A stretch of 54,281 bases of DNA, the filler included, from Sphacelaria rigidula (lineage: Eukaryota), in NCBI GenBank assembly GCA_964200075.2. It is 3 parts of 3 records of this genome, joined end to end, with 100 filler letters (N's around TTAATTAATTAA, not from the genome) between each part and the next. Parts side by side here need not be neighbours in the genome. Positions count along the whole stretch, not along the records: positions 1 to 18,031 come from CAXNAA020000931.1; 2 more parts are not named here. The stretch is one strand, 5' to 3'. Under the pieces are notes generated by a model. It worked only from the letters and a program-made list of their open reading frames with translations. It was not told the origin of the DNA and did no database searches. The stretch's first letter is position 1. Each line of letters opens with the position of its first letter. Below are positions 1 to 13,700 of this stretch, one piece after another. Position numbers and translations under genes: made by a program.

Positions 1-680
1 TAGCTGAATTCCTCCAACATGCATGCATGCCCATGCATTGCACCCAACACTGCATTCTGGCTGCTCTCATCGCACCATCACCGCTTTGGAGAAATTCGCC
101 GGTGAGAACCAGCTGCACACAGCGGCTTGGCTCATATCACCACATAGAGCTCCAAAAAACGCGCTCGCCATTTGATCGCCGTGCATCTGGAAAAATTTCA
201 GCCCAACTAAGGCTTCTGTCATCTTCCACGAGATAAATGTTCCAAGATTTCAAGGTTTCTCATTGTTGCATATCACATGTGAGTGGGAGTGTTTTTTATT
301 TCGTACGTTCATCCCGTACTATAATAGTTACCCTGCCAGTATGGGTTCTTGCACAAGATATGGAAAATATCACCCTATCAAGGTGGGCCTTAGCACAAGG
401 TATCGAAAAATAACCTTGCCAGGTTGAACGCTCGCCCAGGGTATGGGATATCACTCTGTCAAGGTCAGTCCTGGTGCGAGGTATTGAAACACTACCCTGT
501 GCCAGGTCTACAAACGTAGAAGGTATTGCCATCAAACCCTGTCAAGGTTTTCGTACGACAAGGTACTGTCACGCGACCCTGGCAGGGTTCCGTACCCTGT
601 ACAAGGTCTTCACAGGGTCTTCACAGGGTGTTCGCCCTGACAGGTACCCCGCAGGGTGTAGCCGAGTGTCCATCGGTGAT

Positions 681-1430
681 GCCCGTTGTGGTGCGTGAGG
701 GTGTATCCAGGCCACAGTGCTCTGCGGAATCGGCGCGCGCCGCAGACACTTTGAGAGATGATGAGTTTGCAAGATGGAACGCACGTGGCAACCCCGGTGA
801 AGTTCGGCGGGTGGTCTAAGAACTTGACTTGTTTGCCCATGCATATAATGGTGCTCTGTGTCAAACCTTTTTTTTCTTCTGGTGTCGCGTTCTGCATTCG
901 TTTGCGCTTTTTTCCGTGATGGGGCGGTAGAGCATGCCCTTGTTGCGTGAGGGTGTATCCAAGCCGCAGCGCTTTGTGGCATCGGTGCGCGCGGCAGACA
1001 CGCGGAGGGGTTACGAGTTTGCGAGATGGAACGCACATGGCGGCCCCGTTGAAGCCTGATAACTTGACCTTTTTTCCCATGCATTTTGGTGCGCTCTGTG
1101 TCACTTTTTTTTTTCGGGGTAGCGTTCTGCATTTTTTTTGTGTTTTTCTACCGTGGTGGGATGGGGCGGTAGAACATGCCCTTGTGGTGCGTGAAGATGT
1201 AACCAAGCCGCGGCGCTTTGTGGCATCGGTGCGCGCCGCAGACACGTAGACGGGTTACGATTTTGCGAGATGGAACGCACGTGGCAGCCCCGGTGAAGGT
1301 CGGCACAATGCCTGACTATTTGGGTTCTTTGCCCGTGCCTGTTGCTCCGTGTTTCTTTGTTACTTTCCTTGTAGATGCCCTCTTACTTGTGGAGAGGGAG
1401 GCGACCACGCCGAAGAGCGTTGTGGCATCG
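681..1430. repeat. Diverged tandem repeat, ~200-255 bp unit, 3-4 copies
   Basis: gccc(t/g)tgtggtgcgtgagggtgtatcca...tgtggcatcggtgcgcgccgcagacac...gcgagatggaacgcac recurs at ~681, ~936 and ~1178, partially at ~1377. Confidence 0.85.
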
Positions 1431-1584
1431 TTTCCACGTCACGGCGAAAGCTATATATTATTCGCCGCGTGAGCAATTTGACCATTCTATGATGCGATCA
1501 TCCTAACGTACAGGTCGTGTGAAATACCACTCAACGCGCAAGACCACCGTACTTGAAACTTGTGGTCAGCCTTCCGGAACGATT

Positions 1585-4500
1585 GCCTTGTGGTCGCGCA
1601 GCTGTCGTATTTAGCGTGTATGTAGCGCGCAGCCGACGAATTCGCGAGACGGGAAGCTACGTGCAACCCCTATGAAGTTTAACACGTGGCTTGACAAGCG
1701 CGTTTGTTTGCTGTCACTCTTTTTTTTCTTTTACGCGGGAGTCGTTTTTCATTTTCACGCCCCACCCACACACGTGTCGTGTTGCAACCTACACGAATAA
1801 GGGAGCTTTTTTTTTTTTAACCAAATTTCATTTCACGGCGCCATGACCCCCCTCCTATTTCGTAGAGGGAATGACGTTATTTCGCAAGAACTCTCGCTGT
1901 GGGGTTGATCCAATTTTTTTGCCAACGGTATCGTCCCCTGTGGTATTTGAACTACCTTGGATCCGAACGCCAGCGTACTTCATGTTTATTTTCGAAGGCG
2001 GCGACACCGTCAAAGTCGACCCAGGGGCTCCGTGATCAGATAGCTCTGTACATAGCTCTGTTTTTGTTGTAGGTAGACATCACATAGTTGGAGGTAGGCA
2101 CAGTACCATATCGATTGTTTTTGTTCTACCGCGCTGCACTACTGGCGTTTAGAGTTGACTTGGGTCGATTTTAGGTGATCTTTAACGGCTCACGACGAGC
2201 AAAGTGATGCCGATCAAAACTTCGAGCCAGTGGTTTTGAGCTCCATGGTGTGTTCTGTGCTGTGTGGCGACTTATCGAATGATGTAGTCACATCTATCAA
2301 GGGCGATGACTCGTGTGAAGTCGGCCACCCAGAGAGCTAAAAAACAGGACCGTTGCAGCAGGAACCCACGGCGACGGCACAGTATTTCTCCAGTTTAACA
2401 CAAAATCAAGGAATAAAAACTGCGTGCGGGCACAGGGCACGATTGTGCTGAGGTGCCCTGCTGATTTTGTGGCACGTCGTGGTCTGTGCGACGAGCATCG
2501 GCGGTGGCAGAGGATGTGACCCAACTGGCCTTGCGGCGTAAAAAATCAGAGAGGTTCCGTAGAATCTTGATGGCACCATTCGAACTTTTGGTCCCATTTT
2601 TTTCTGTTTTGTGCTGGCTGCAACACGTGTGAACCCCCTGTTCTTTTCCGCCAAAGTCGTTTTGTGTTCTGCCGGCCATTAGGGATGCGCAAAGCAGCGT
2701 TGCTGTTTAAAGCATTGCTCTCTGCTCGTGTACTGAGTTAGCGACAAAGCCGTAGCGCCTCGTGGCAGCGCTTTCCAGCATTACTGAAGGTGAACATATC
2801 CGGGACAAACCCTACTTCGGCTTTTGATATCCTTTAAAGTGGGAGAACATCCGCGCTGGGTTGCGCGCTGGGTTGGGGCAACAGGTCACCTTGGCATGTC
2901 AGTGATCGTCCCAGAACACTGGTGCAGCAGCATGGGACTTTCGTGGCGTCGTGTTCAGCAGTGTCCAAGGAGTCTTCGCGAACGACATCATATTTTTCTC
3001 TCAAATATTCAGTGCACGATGTAGCCAAACATTTGCATGGTCAGATATACCGGGACTACTGTCCCTGTTACAATGTCCGCGTATGACACGCTCCTGTTCG
3101 ATGATCCCTGCAAGACACACACAGGCAGCCAACAGCAGTAGCCGTTGTGCCCATTTTACTCAAGAACGAAAGGGTCCAGCTCCACCGAGCGTCAACCGTG
3201 CCTGAAAATCAAGCGTGATATCAGGTGAGACCGTCCAATCGCATGTAAAAAAAATTGATGAGTTTTCCGAACAATAAATAGCCTTATGGCGGCGCAGCTG
3301 TCGTGTAGCACGTAGCACGCATCCGACGAATTCGCGACACAGGAAGTCGTTTTGCAGCTTGCCGCCCATTTTGGCGGTGCGATATTGTGCAAATCAGCGG
3401 TGGTGTTTGTGGTATGCCTTCTGCTCCTGTGTTGGATTATTGTCAAAGCCGCAGCGCGTCGTGTCAGCGCCTTGTGTTGGTGCTGCGTAGCATAGTTCTT
3501 TTTGCCGATCTGGACATGAGGCCCGTTATCTTGCTGTTGATACTGTTCAGCATGGGAGAATTGGCACTGGGTTTGAGCAATATGTCAGTCTGCACGTCAG
3601 CGATCATTCCTGAACTTGGGTTGTTAACAAACACTGGTACCGCGGCATTCCGTGTCCAACAGCGTCCATGAAGTCTTCGCGACCAATCAAGTGTTTTTCT
3701 CTACGTGATTCAGTGCACTTGTAGCCGAACGTTTGCGCGGGCAGATATAGCGTGACGGTGTCCCCTTAATATCTATGCGTTTATCGCCTGATATTCGTCC
3801 TTTACATGACATTCAAGAGGCAGCCAACGGCAGGTTCCAGCTCCACCGCGCGTCCACCGTGCCTGCAAATCGAGCGTGCTATCAGGTAAAGAGTCGGGGA
3901 GACCCTTCGACCGTATTCTGAAATTTTTGGTGCGGTCTTCCAGAACTTACGCCTTGTGGTCGCGCAGCTGTGGTTAGCACGTGGCGTGTAGCCGACGAAT
4001 TTGCGAGACAGGACGTACTTTCTGCCAAACTTGTGGTGCGGTCTTCCAAAAGTCCAGCCTTGTCTGGCGCAGGTCGTCGGTTGCACGTGGCGCGCAAACG
4101 ACGATTTGAGAGATATCAAGCTTCATGCATCCGTTATGAAGTTCCGCGCGTGGCCTGATGGGCTGTTTTGTTTGCTGTATTCCCTCTGCACTATCTCGCC
4201 GAATTCCTTCTGCATTTGACCGCCCACCCTATTTTTCTCTTCCGCCGAAGTCACTGTCGCGCCTGCGCCTGCGCCGTGCGATCTTGTGTAAAGCAGCTTG
4301 TCCGCTGCGTGCCGATCATATGCAAGAACTTCGTTTGTTTTAAACATTGGTAAAGCAGCGTGGGTTTGTCATGGCGCACGAGTGTTGAGCAGTGTCGAAG
4401 ACTTTTTGCTCCCGAACCGACTATTCTTCTCTCGTTGATTCAGGGAACGACGTAGGCGAACATCGGCGCGGGCAGTATACCGTGACGGCGTCTCCAATTA

Positions 4501-4840
4501 TCTCTTGCGCATTCGTCACCCTTGATGCGCGCTCTTGTTCGATGTCCCGCCCACGACCCACAGAGGCAAATCAAAAGCAATAGCCAGTGCGCGTATTGTA
4601 CTCAAGGACGATAGGTGTCAGCTCCGCCGCGCGTCAACCGTGTCTTCGAATCGAGCGTGTTACCAAGGTGAGAGTCAGGCAGACTGTCCGTCCGTACTGC
4701 GAACTTGGGTTTGGTCGTTAGAGAACAACGGCCTTGTTTGTGGTCGCGCAGCTGTCGAATATTTGCACGTAGCGCGCATCCGACGAACTTGCGAGAGGGA
4801 AGTTATGTACAACCCTTGGGAAGTTCCGCGCTTGGCCTGA
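1585..4840. repeat. Diverged long-period repeat (~660-780 bp spacing)
   Basis: gcctt..gtggtcgcgcagctgt...gccgacgaatt.gcgaga at ~1585, ~3281, ~3951 and ~4731; cagctccaccg.gcgtcaaccgtg at ~3177, ~3838 and ~4619. Confidence 0.8.
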
Positions 4841-6801
4841 CAAGCTTATATGCCTTGCTACGAATTCCGCGAGCCGTTGTGATGTCACTTGGTATCGCAA
4901 CGATGCAGCTAAGCCCACTGCGTAGTGTTCAGTATCGCAGCTATCGGACTTATCGCGACATCGCAACAGGGGTGCCCTGGGGACAAGTTGAACGAACAAC
5001 TTGTAATTGCATTTTCCGCACGGGACGCGGGACAGTCGGGGTTATAGCATCCATCGGGTGCCGGGATGCGATGAGCACCAAAACATACAACGATTCAAAA
5101 CACATCGCACCCCGTTGCCATGATTCGCACAATTAAATACGGTATTTGATGTCAGGTCATGAGTCGTGTGTCAAGATAGCCAAATCGAACCGACGCAGCA
5201 GTCTCACCCGTGTAGAAACATGGTACCGACCTTTCCGCTCCCGGTTTTGATTCCTTCATCTTTTGTTGGACTTGTATAGAAAGCAGGCAATACGCGGCCG
5301 TGGAGTCTGGTTTCACCGCATATTTTGATGGATCGACTATACACACGCGTCTTTGTAAGTTGCCTCGCAGACCTTGACGTCCGCCACTCATCCACATGAA
5401 GCCATTCCGGCCTGTACCAAAACCAAGGCTACAAGTAACTCTTTCATTGACATACACAGAAGAATCTTGCTATTTTTTCGTGCGCGCGACATTGTTGGAT
5501 CCTGCGAGCTCGAGCGATTTGAGAAAGTAACGACAAGAAATCGAAGAAGGAACTGCACCATGAGACACAGGAATCACGGTACTTCGCAGGCGAAAATGTG
5601 ATACGGCGGAACTTTTTCGGTGCTTGGCAGCTAGCCCCTTTCCCTTCCTTCTCATGACCCAATCAGCTTCGTGAACACACGATGTTGGTGTTGGGACGAC
5701 GCCGGTGGAGTCTGTGCCGAATAGCGTATACAAACATCAAACCCGTTCTTAATGTAGACTATGTGCCGTTAACAATCAACACGCGTAGCGCAGCGCCATA
5801 TCTTTGAGATTTCATTAATCACCTTCGCGGCTTGATGGCTGATGTTTCGTCCACAAACGAAAAAGCTTCGACTCGCTTCCCTGATCAAATTTGCTACCAA
5901 GCCACCTCCTTGTTTGTTCCCTTCAGTATTATCTACGCAAAGAGCAGCAAAATGGCAGAATGAAACGGGCACAAATCTATTATTCTCCAACTTTTGACCA
6001 GACGCAACATTTTATTTACTTGGACTTATCTGGAGCACCGGAACGTGGAATGACGATTCCGGAACAGATCAAAATTTGCCACGTATAAAACGGCCTGAGC
6101 ACGCACAGAGGCGCTCTCGTGCGCCAGGCAGGTGAACAGGGATGCCACTTAAGGCGTTTCCACACTCGACTTTCCACTAGACGCGCGCCTTCTGTCAACC
6201 TTTGAACCCATCTTGCGGCAGACACGCCTCAGCTTCGCGCAGCAGTCGTTTCACCATACTTCGCAGCCGCCAGACTCTGGGAAAGGGGAACAGATGTGGA
6301 AGAGACCGTTCCATGACGAGGTTCGTGACCCTCAAGATACCAGGCACATGTTTGCATGCTTTTGAAACACAGCTGGGTATCAGAGAGAGACAGAGCATCC
6401 ATGATGTAGTTTGCTTGCCACAACCGTCCTTCGACCGACTTCGTTTTACGTTGAAGTCAACGGCACTGCCTGATCTGTTGGTTGCAATGGACAAAGTTCA
6501 GCGCTCCCACCTCCATCGACTTAGCGAGAAATCACATTTTAGGCCCCCATCGCGACCGACCTGCGGATAAATTCTGAGAGGCGTCGTCAGACAAACTCAT
6601 AATGTATTCCAAGCACCCTGACAGGAGCCTGCATGCCTAAATTAATGGCATCAAGTGCGCTTGCCATTCGGCCGGCTTTTCAAGCGACGCCCCCCGCTCT
6701 CCATCGAGATGTTCGGTTAAGCCTATTTTCACATGATTCCCTACCGTTGCTTTCCCCATCGCATGCTCGCCCCCAAGGACAGAGAGAGCGGTGCTTCCGA
6801 G

Positions 6802-7789
6802 ATGTTGCGGCTTCTTTACTTTGCCTTCCTCTACTGGCGCTACGAGGGGAACCTATGCGAACTCTTGACTTTACGGGGACGGTCTGAGGATTCGAGCATC
6901 TCAGGGGGAAATATCGACGTGGAGAACAACACCAACTCGCCATCAGCCCCAGTGGATGGTTCTCATGGGCAAGAGCGTTCCGGGGGGACCCGGCACTATG
7001 CGGGTGCCGGGCAATACACGGAAGGAATCAAATTTGACACTGGCAACAATGACCTGAAGAGGAGTGTCATTGTCGAAAGGTACACAGCGTTGACGGTGCT
7101 GACGTCAATTGCGTCCGATTTGGACCTGTTCGCCGATTGGTACTTTTTCAAAGAGGCCCTCGGAGAACAAACCCAACTCATTTACATATTAGCGCTGATT
7201 TTCTCAGCGATCGGGACGATCATGTACTTCTTGCTGGCGGTGGAGTTTCACCCCATCAGCAAGGTGTGGGCATGCTGGCGGACGGTGGAAAGACTCGGCC
7301 CCGATGAGCATGTGCCCCTTGGTTTGCAACTGGCTATAAATGTCGTAGTCGAAGATATCCCGCAGCTTGCCATCACCATTGTGGTCATTGCAAATGACAA
7401 ACTTTCTGCAGCGAGCGTGCTCAACGTCGCTACAGCTAGTTTTGCTTTGTTGGCAAAAGCGGCGGAGGCATTTGCGACCCGACACGACTTGCCTATGTCC
7501 TCGGAGTTGCGCCTAATCGAAACAGACAAGGGGGTCGTCCGGTACCTTGTGGATCAGCGACGCAATGCTGACCGGTTAAAAGAAAACGCGGTTAGGCTCG
7601 CATTGGCTTGCAACAGATATCGCCAGGAGGAGATATCGGAACAAGAATTTGGGAGAAACAAGCGTCTCACAGCCATGGCCTTTGAAGTCTTCAGGATTGA
7701 TCCGAGCTTCGTCTTGAGTGGAGGACGTTCCGATATTCGAGAGAAATTGGGTGGTTCACGACTGGACCTGTACGGCGCTCAGCTCGAAG
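6802..7789 (+). CDS. LRR gene exon 1: N-terminal region, four hydrophobic helices, helical linker, first half-LRR
   Basis: Within ORF 6733-7836. Hydrophobic segments ALTVLTSIASDLDLFADWYFF, LIYILALIFSAIGTIMYFLLAV, LQLAINVVVEDIPQLAITIVVIA and SAASVLNVATASFALLAKAA. Ends RLDLYGAQLEG at donor G|gtggga. Confidence 0.85.
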
Positions 7790-10700
7790 GTGGGAAGCCT
7801 TCGGTCTCTAGATGCTTTACTCTTGAGAACACGTGAGGCATCCACGACCGCTATTTTTCTCACGTGCAGAAACCACTTGCATCTCGTTGGGCAAAGAGCG
7901 GTCCGAGGTTGAACGTTCAGGAACGGCCACGGAAAGCCTTTCGCTCAAAAGTGATGGATGGACAACACGTGGTACGATCCTTTTCTCTGTCTTGCACATA
8001 CCTCCGTAGGTCAACGCGGCCAGACAATAATATCCGGGAACTGACCGTTTTCTCTCGCTGCAAAATCCAGGACCTATCCCGGCTGCGCTGGGCGATCTGA
8101 GGGACCTGCAGGAGTTTACTCTCAGCTCCAACAAGTTTGATGGTGAGTGATTTAATTCATCTTCCACCCGCCCCTCATACTTGCGAGGCACTATCGACTG
8201 TCCTTGCATGTATTTGTTATTTTCGAAAAGTCTGCCGGCATCGCTCTTTGCCACAGAGCGAGGATGTTAAACGGCACTGATTTGTGCTGTTTGAATGCTC
8301 TACAAACATTCGCCAGAGTCATGCAAGCACGGTTCGGCTGGCTGTCCTCAGTGCCCTTGTGAGCGTACGGGATGCCGTTGGACAACCTGGCCTTGCTGGC
8401 CCACACATGACCTTCGAAATCTACGATTCGGCACATGCTTCGCCTCGGTTGGCCTGTATACTTGAGAGCCATCTCGCTCTACGTTGCTGGATGAGGGCGT
8501 TGGTACGACGATGTTACCAATCGGTTACGTACCGTGGTACAACACAGTGGGTTTTTGAGCGCTGGCACCTTATTCACGGACACGGGTCGTGGTCGTTTTT
8601 TTATTTTGCCGAACACATCGGAACCCACCTTTCCGTCGGGACTCCTCTGCCCCCAGTCGTGAAGTAAAGGGACATAAGTATTGGAACACGTGGCAATGCA
8701 TCTTGGTGGGACTGCTTCGTGTCGGAGCAATCCTGACAATTCAACACTAATCAAGTTTTGAAATATGATGGACAAGACGTTCACAACAGGGAAAAATCGA
8801 GTCAACCTCCGAAGAGGGAAACAGACTGGTGGACCCTCTCACATAAAGAAAAAAAAATGGCGAAAGCCGCAGAAGGTTGGATGGTGAGGTAAGTCCAGTG
8901 TCGTCTCCTTCCTGCGTGACCCTTGCTGATGAACCCCCATACTTCCGAACTAAATGGGACGAGCACACAACCGAAATGTAAACTAAAAACACTTCCAATC
9001 TGCTCGCTCAGACCAGGATGTCCGCAATAATTGATTTTCATAGCATCTACGGCACTGCACTCTGCATGTGAGGTACACACTGCGTTTTCCTTCGTTTCCC
9101 CTATCCGAATATGCAGGGAGCATCCCGTCGCAGTTGGGCAACCTTAGCGCTCTCACAAGACTCGACATCAGGGGCAACAACCTGACCGGCGAGTATCGGT
9201 ACATTTTTTTCGGCATTCATCATGCATGCAATATGATTTCGGATGAAAGCCGCCAGCACGCCTATCACCCCAACAGAGACGAAGCCCTCGTGCCAGGAGA
9301 GGTGGTGGATTCTTGACGTTTTTGCACAACGCAATGCAACACACCCATATTTCGTGCTGATCCGACTGCAAGGAGCCTTTCGTTCCTTTTTTGCCATATA
9401 GGCTCAAAGCACAGGTAAAGAAACGAATGTCAGTGTCTATCCGCCTCGCCGGCATATCACAGAGTTTCAAGAGAAAGTCACTCAGACGTTGATGAGCCGA
9501 AGAGATAACGCACTGATTGCCTTACTAGATAATCGGCGCGTTTGTTCCGGTCGGCTGAAAGTTGGGGGTGTCATCTGCGCATGCGTTGTTATGCGGATAC
9601 CAAATCAACGCATCCAGCTCGGTTTTTCGATAGCGAAAACAGAAATCAGGTACGTATGGGGTTTGTGATGCAGGATTCGGACGGGGCATGGATTATCCCT
9701 GTTCGGCTCTTCGGGGTCCAATCGCCGAAAAGCAAGCAGATTACTGCAAAATTCCATTTGAATTACGCTTCCTGCGTTCATGTTACGGGTCAAGTGTCTC
9801 CTTGGCTTCTGATTCTGCCGTTTGCCGGCACATGCCCTCAAGCTCTATTTCCCCTTGTACCCCTTGCACCCACACGATGGTTACAGGGAGTATCCCGGAG
9901 GCATTGGGAAACTTACGTGCGCTGACCGAACTCTACCTGAACGCGAATAAGCTGACCGGTGAGCTTGAATTGAAGTTTTTGTCCTTATTTAAAGACAGAT
10001 GTAGCTCCGTGGATAGCCGTCGGATTATCGTTCAGGTTTTCCAACGAGCTCAACGGCCGTAGCCACAGGACTTGTTGGTCGAAGGAAGATTCTTAAAGGC
10101 CGGGCTCTGTTCTCTTTGGCTGAACGTATTCACAGCCTTGGGTGTGTACGTGTTGCACCCCCGAAGGATGGTCTACACTTGGTTGATACATTTGCTGTAT
10201 TGGAAATCGCTCTGGTGTTTGAGGTTTGGCGACAAAACCAGGAGGAGGCGGTAACACTTGTGGGGCCGAGGGTGAAACTTCGTTTTCGTCTTGATAACGA
10301 GGCAATAATCGGCGGCGGGAGGAAACCAGGAGTCCGGCAAATGAGGAAACGTTCGACACCACGGTGCAGTTATCGAGCCCACAAGCGCAACCGTGACGTT
10401 CCCTTGCAAAACCCATGCAGGACCCATCCCCGCAACCTTGGGGAAGTTGGTCTTGCTGAAGGAGGTTCGCCTTGACGACAACGAATTGGAGGGTAAGTGA
10501 AACGTGTCCCGCTGATCCTTCGTTTCGGGTGTTCCACGTGCCAGATTCTAGTCGTGGTTCTCCGGCGCGTTTTCGCCAGCCATGTCCTCCCAGGCTACTG
10601 CTGGGTTAGGGATTCAAGTTTATGCTTTCCCTCACTCTTACCATGGGCAATCGCAAGAGGAGAGAGGACAAACCTCAATTTTGACCAATAGACAAAAGGT

Positions 10701-13700
10701 ATGGAGCAATGATCGCAGCATTACATGGTGCAGAAGCAATGTAGACTAAGCCGCGGAGTATTTGCACTCAAGGTCACATCAGAATAGGCGGACCTCTCTG
10801 AAAAACATTGCGATTGTGCAACAAGCTTGGCCCACATCGCGATCTACCACAAGCCACATCACGTAGTACCCACAGCGCACGCAAGGGTCACGGCCAGCCT
10901 TAACAGGATGATCCAAGCGCACGGTCGAACAGGTCTGGTCGTGTTGGGTTCCCCAGCGAACAAGCAGCTGAAACTTGTTTTACGAGGTTTGGGTCGTGAA
11001 CGAAAACTGTACCATGTCACCGTTTCTCAGATCATTTTCCCACAGCCCGACACACCTTTCCAGCGCACGAAAACGTCAGAGAGGAAGAACTGCGACGAAG
11101 AAGGAAACATTTCCGCGGTTTCGCTTGGACCTTGGCGGGGTTTTTTTGCGTGAACGAGGCTCGTGCAGTGTGGCATACGAAGTATACCGCTACGAAATGT
11201 ACCATTTGCACCGGGCGATTGCACTTTGATCGGTCTAGTGTCAGTGCTTCACATCCTGTCCTTTCCGAAAATAACAAATCGCCTTGAATTGCTCCCCCCG
11301 CTTGTTCGCCTCGCGTTCTCTTCAAGAGAATATCCCACAGGCATTGGGCAACCTTACGGCCCTGGAGACTCTCTGTCTAGAAAAAAACAAGCTTACAGGT
11401 GGGTACCTGGAACAACGCAAGGGTACCTTCGGTCGACAAAGTCAGCGGTACCCCCGTACAAGTGGGCTACCCTTGTTTTTTAAATCGCTTGTAGGAGGCC
11501 AGAAGGCAAGTCAGAGATGCTCTGCATTCTGCTGTAGCCTCGATTTTGATTACGAGCGCCTCGCCTCTCACACGTACTGTATCTCGCCTCGTGCTTTGCA
11601 GGTGACATCCCTCCCCAGCTCGGCGATCTCACGAACCTTTCTACTCTTACCCTTGGTCACAACGAGCTGACGGGTGAGACTGTGAAAGGTTGCACTGCTT
11701 TTTTCGCATATGCATATTGCTGACATCGAATACTGCCGATACCCGCCTTCTGTCAAAGCACGTACAAGAAGTTGACTTGCCGCAACAACAGCGGAGGAAA
11801 CCTGCCGACTTGTCGGTGCATGCTGTCGATTTTCGTTTGTCGAGCGGAATGATCCTCTCCTCATTCTCCGCGAGTTCAATCCCGGCAGGAAGGGGTCAGC
11901 ACCTACATTCTGCTAACATCATTCGTTGCCGTTCGCGCGTAGCCGCATTGCGTCAGAGCATGACCAAAATTGGCCGTTCGTATTCGCTTTTTCTGCCGTT
12001 ATCCGAAACTTCGTACAAATAATCCATTAACTGATTCCCGTGTTTCGACCGAAATTTACCTCTCGTTCTCTGCAGGTTCAATCCCGTGGCAACTGGGAAA
12101 TCTGACACGTCTGTACACCCTGCGCTTCCAAAAAAATCGCCTCAAAGGTGGGGGGCTCTGCAGCGAAGTGGCGATTTGCCTACCTCGAAGGTCGTTGCCA
12201 CCTCGTCGTTTGGTTTTTGCAAATGGTGTGATCTTGATGCGGGATGATTGCCAGTCTTTTTTGACATCTGATCTCCCTCGTTCATTGCAGGTCCGATACC
12301 TTCGCAGCTGGCTGGGCTCACTGGCGTAAAACAAATTTACTTCACGGGAAATCTCTTTTCAGGTATGAGGGGGGAGTTTTCGACGGAAAACCTGAATCAA
12401 GGTGGTGTCATTTCCAGTCAACCAGTGCTTCATTTTCGAATGACAATCGAACTCATGGTGACAGCCTCCATCCAGTCTCCTGGACGTATGCACTTTAGCC
12501 AGGCGTTGACGTCACAAAACCTGAGCGTGTGGACTCAGTTCAGTTATGCTGCGTTCTTTTGATCCGCACAGCTTGTATTCGGCCGCCAAGCTCGGCAAGT
12601 AAGAAAAAGGTCCTACTGTCCTCGAGGTCTGTGCAAAGGATATTGAACAACAAATATGTTTTAATGATCCTTGATTTCCAGCCAAGTACGATGTCCCCTC
12701 ACACCGAGGCAAAGCAGTTTTTGGAACCACTCAGGGGTTCACCATAGTAAATCATGCAAATAGGAGAAATGTCACGAAATTTTTAAATGTCGTGTCTTGT
12801 AAAGAGTCAGAGAAACAACGTATATGAGAGGGCGTCACAAGGATATGTTTGCCGTACTCAATATTGAAACTGTAGGGCTGAGTCTTTGCCAAGCAGAGCT
12901 ACTCTTCCAGATTCGAACATCTCAGCTGATGCGAGCTTTTGGTACAAGGGAAGGAATCCCACCCCTCACTGCCTCATGGTCACAATATTCTGTTGTCGTT
13001 GTCTACACAGTACATTAAACCGTCCGGGGAAATTCGGAGTATGGCACATCCATATCGAATAGTATTATTTTCTGCTCTTTTTTGGCGGACGATCTTCTTC
13101 AAATGTACGAGTATGTTCGCGGTTGAGGGCGCTAATGGCGCCCCGTCCCCGCTGCGCGCAACCGCAGTAGAAATCCTGGAACCTAATGCCGAGTGGTTGA
13201 TGGGTACGCGCTGTGTCTCTAGCACGCACACATACGACCAATCGGACTACGTGACGGACACAGGTCCATATATGCTTTTAAAGATCTGAAAGAAGGCGCG
13301 CGCCGGCGCACACATACATACCCTCTCACTCTCACCCCGCTCACTTTTACCCGCCGGCTAATTCGCCGCCGCTCTCTTTCTATTTTTCCGGCATACTTCG
13401 ATTTCTCCCGAACGATGCCTGCGTCATGACATCGACACACGTGGTTTGAATGAATGAACACTGCCCTCAACACAAACGTACATTTGCCACAAATACATGT
13501 CGACACCAAGCACATGCACACTCGACGGTGAGCTGTCATTCTGAATCTCCGAAACGCAAAAAACACCCGCTTTTCCGACTGTTGAAATAAGAGAAAAAAG
13601 CATTCGAACGGCCGATAACACCGAGCTGCGCCTCGGCGAACTTCGCAGCAAACTCGACCCGATAACGTGCATGGCACGGGCTCAACCCTCACATCTGCAG

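Noticed and set aside
569-1249. 187-211 aa ORFs
   Set aside because: They lie in the ~245-bp tandem repeat, with no protein-like composition or splice support.
12572-12747. Alternative terminal exon for the LRR gene (ACIRPPSS...GSP*)
   Set aside because: Phase-compatible, but the peptide has no LRR or cap character; 14810-14898 fits much better. Not formally excluded.
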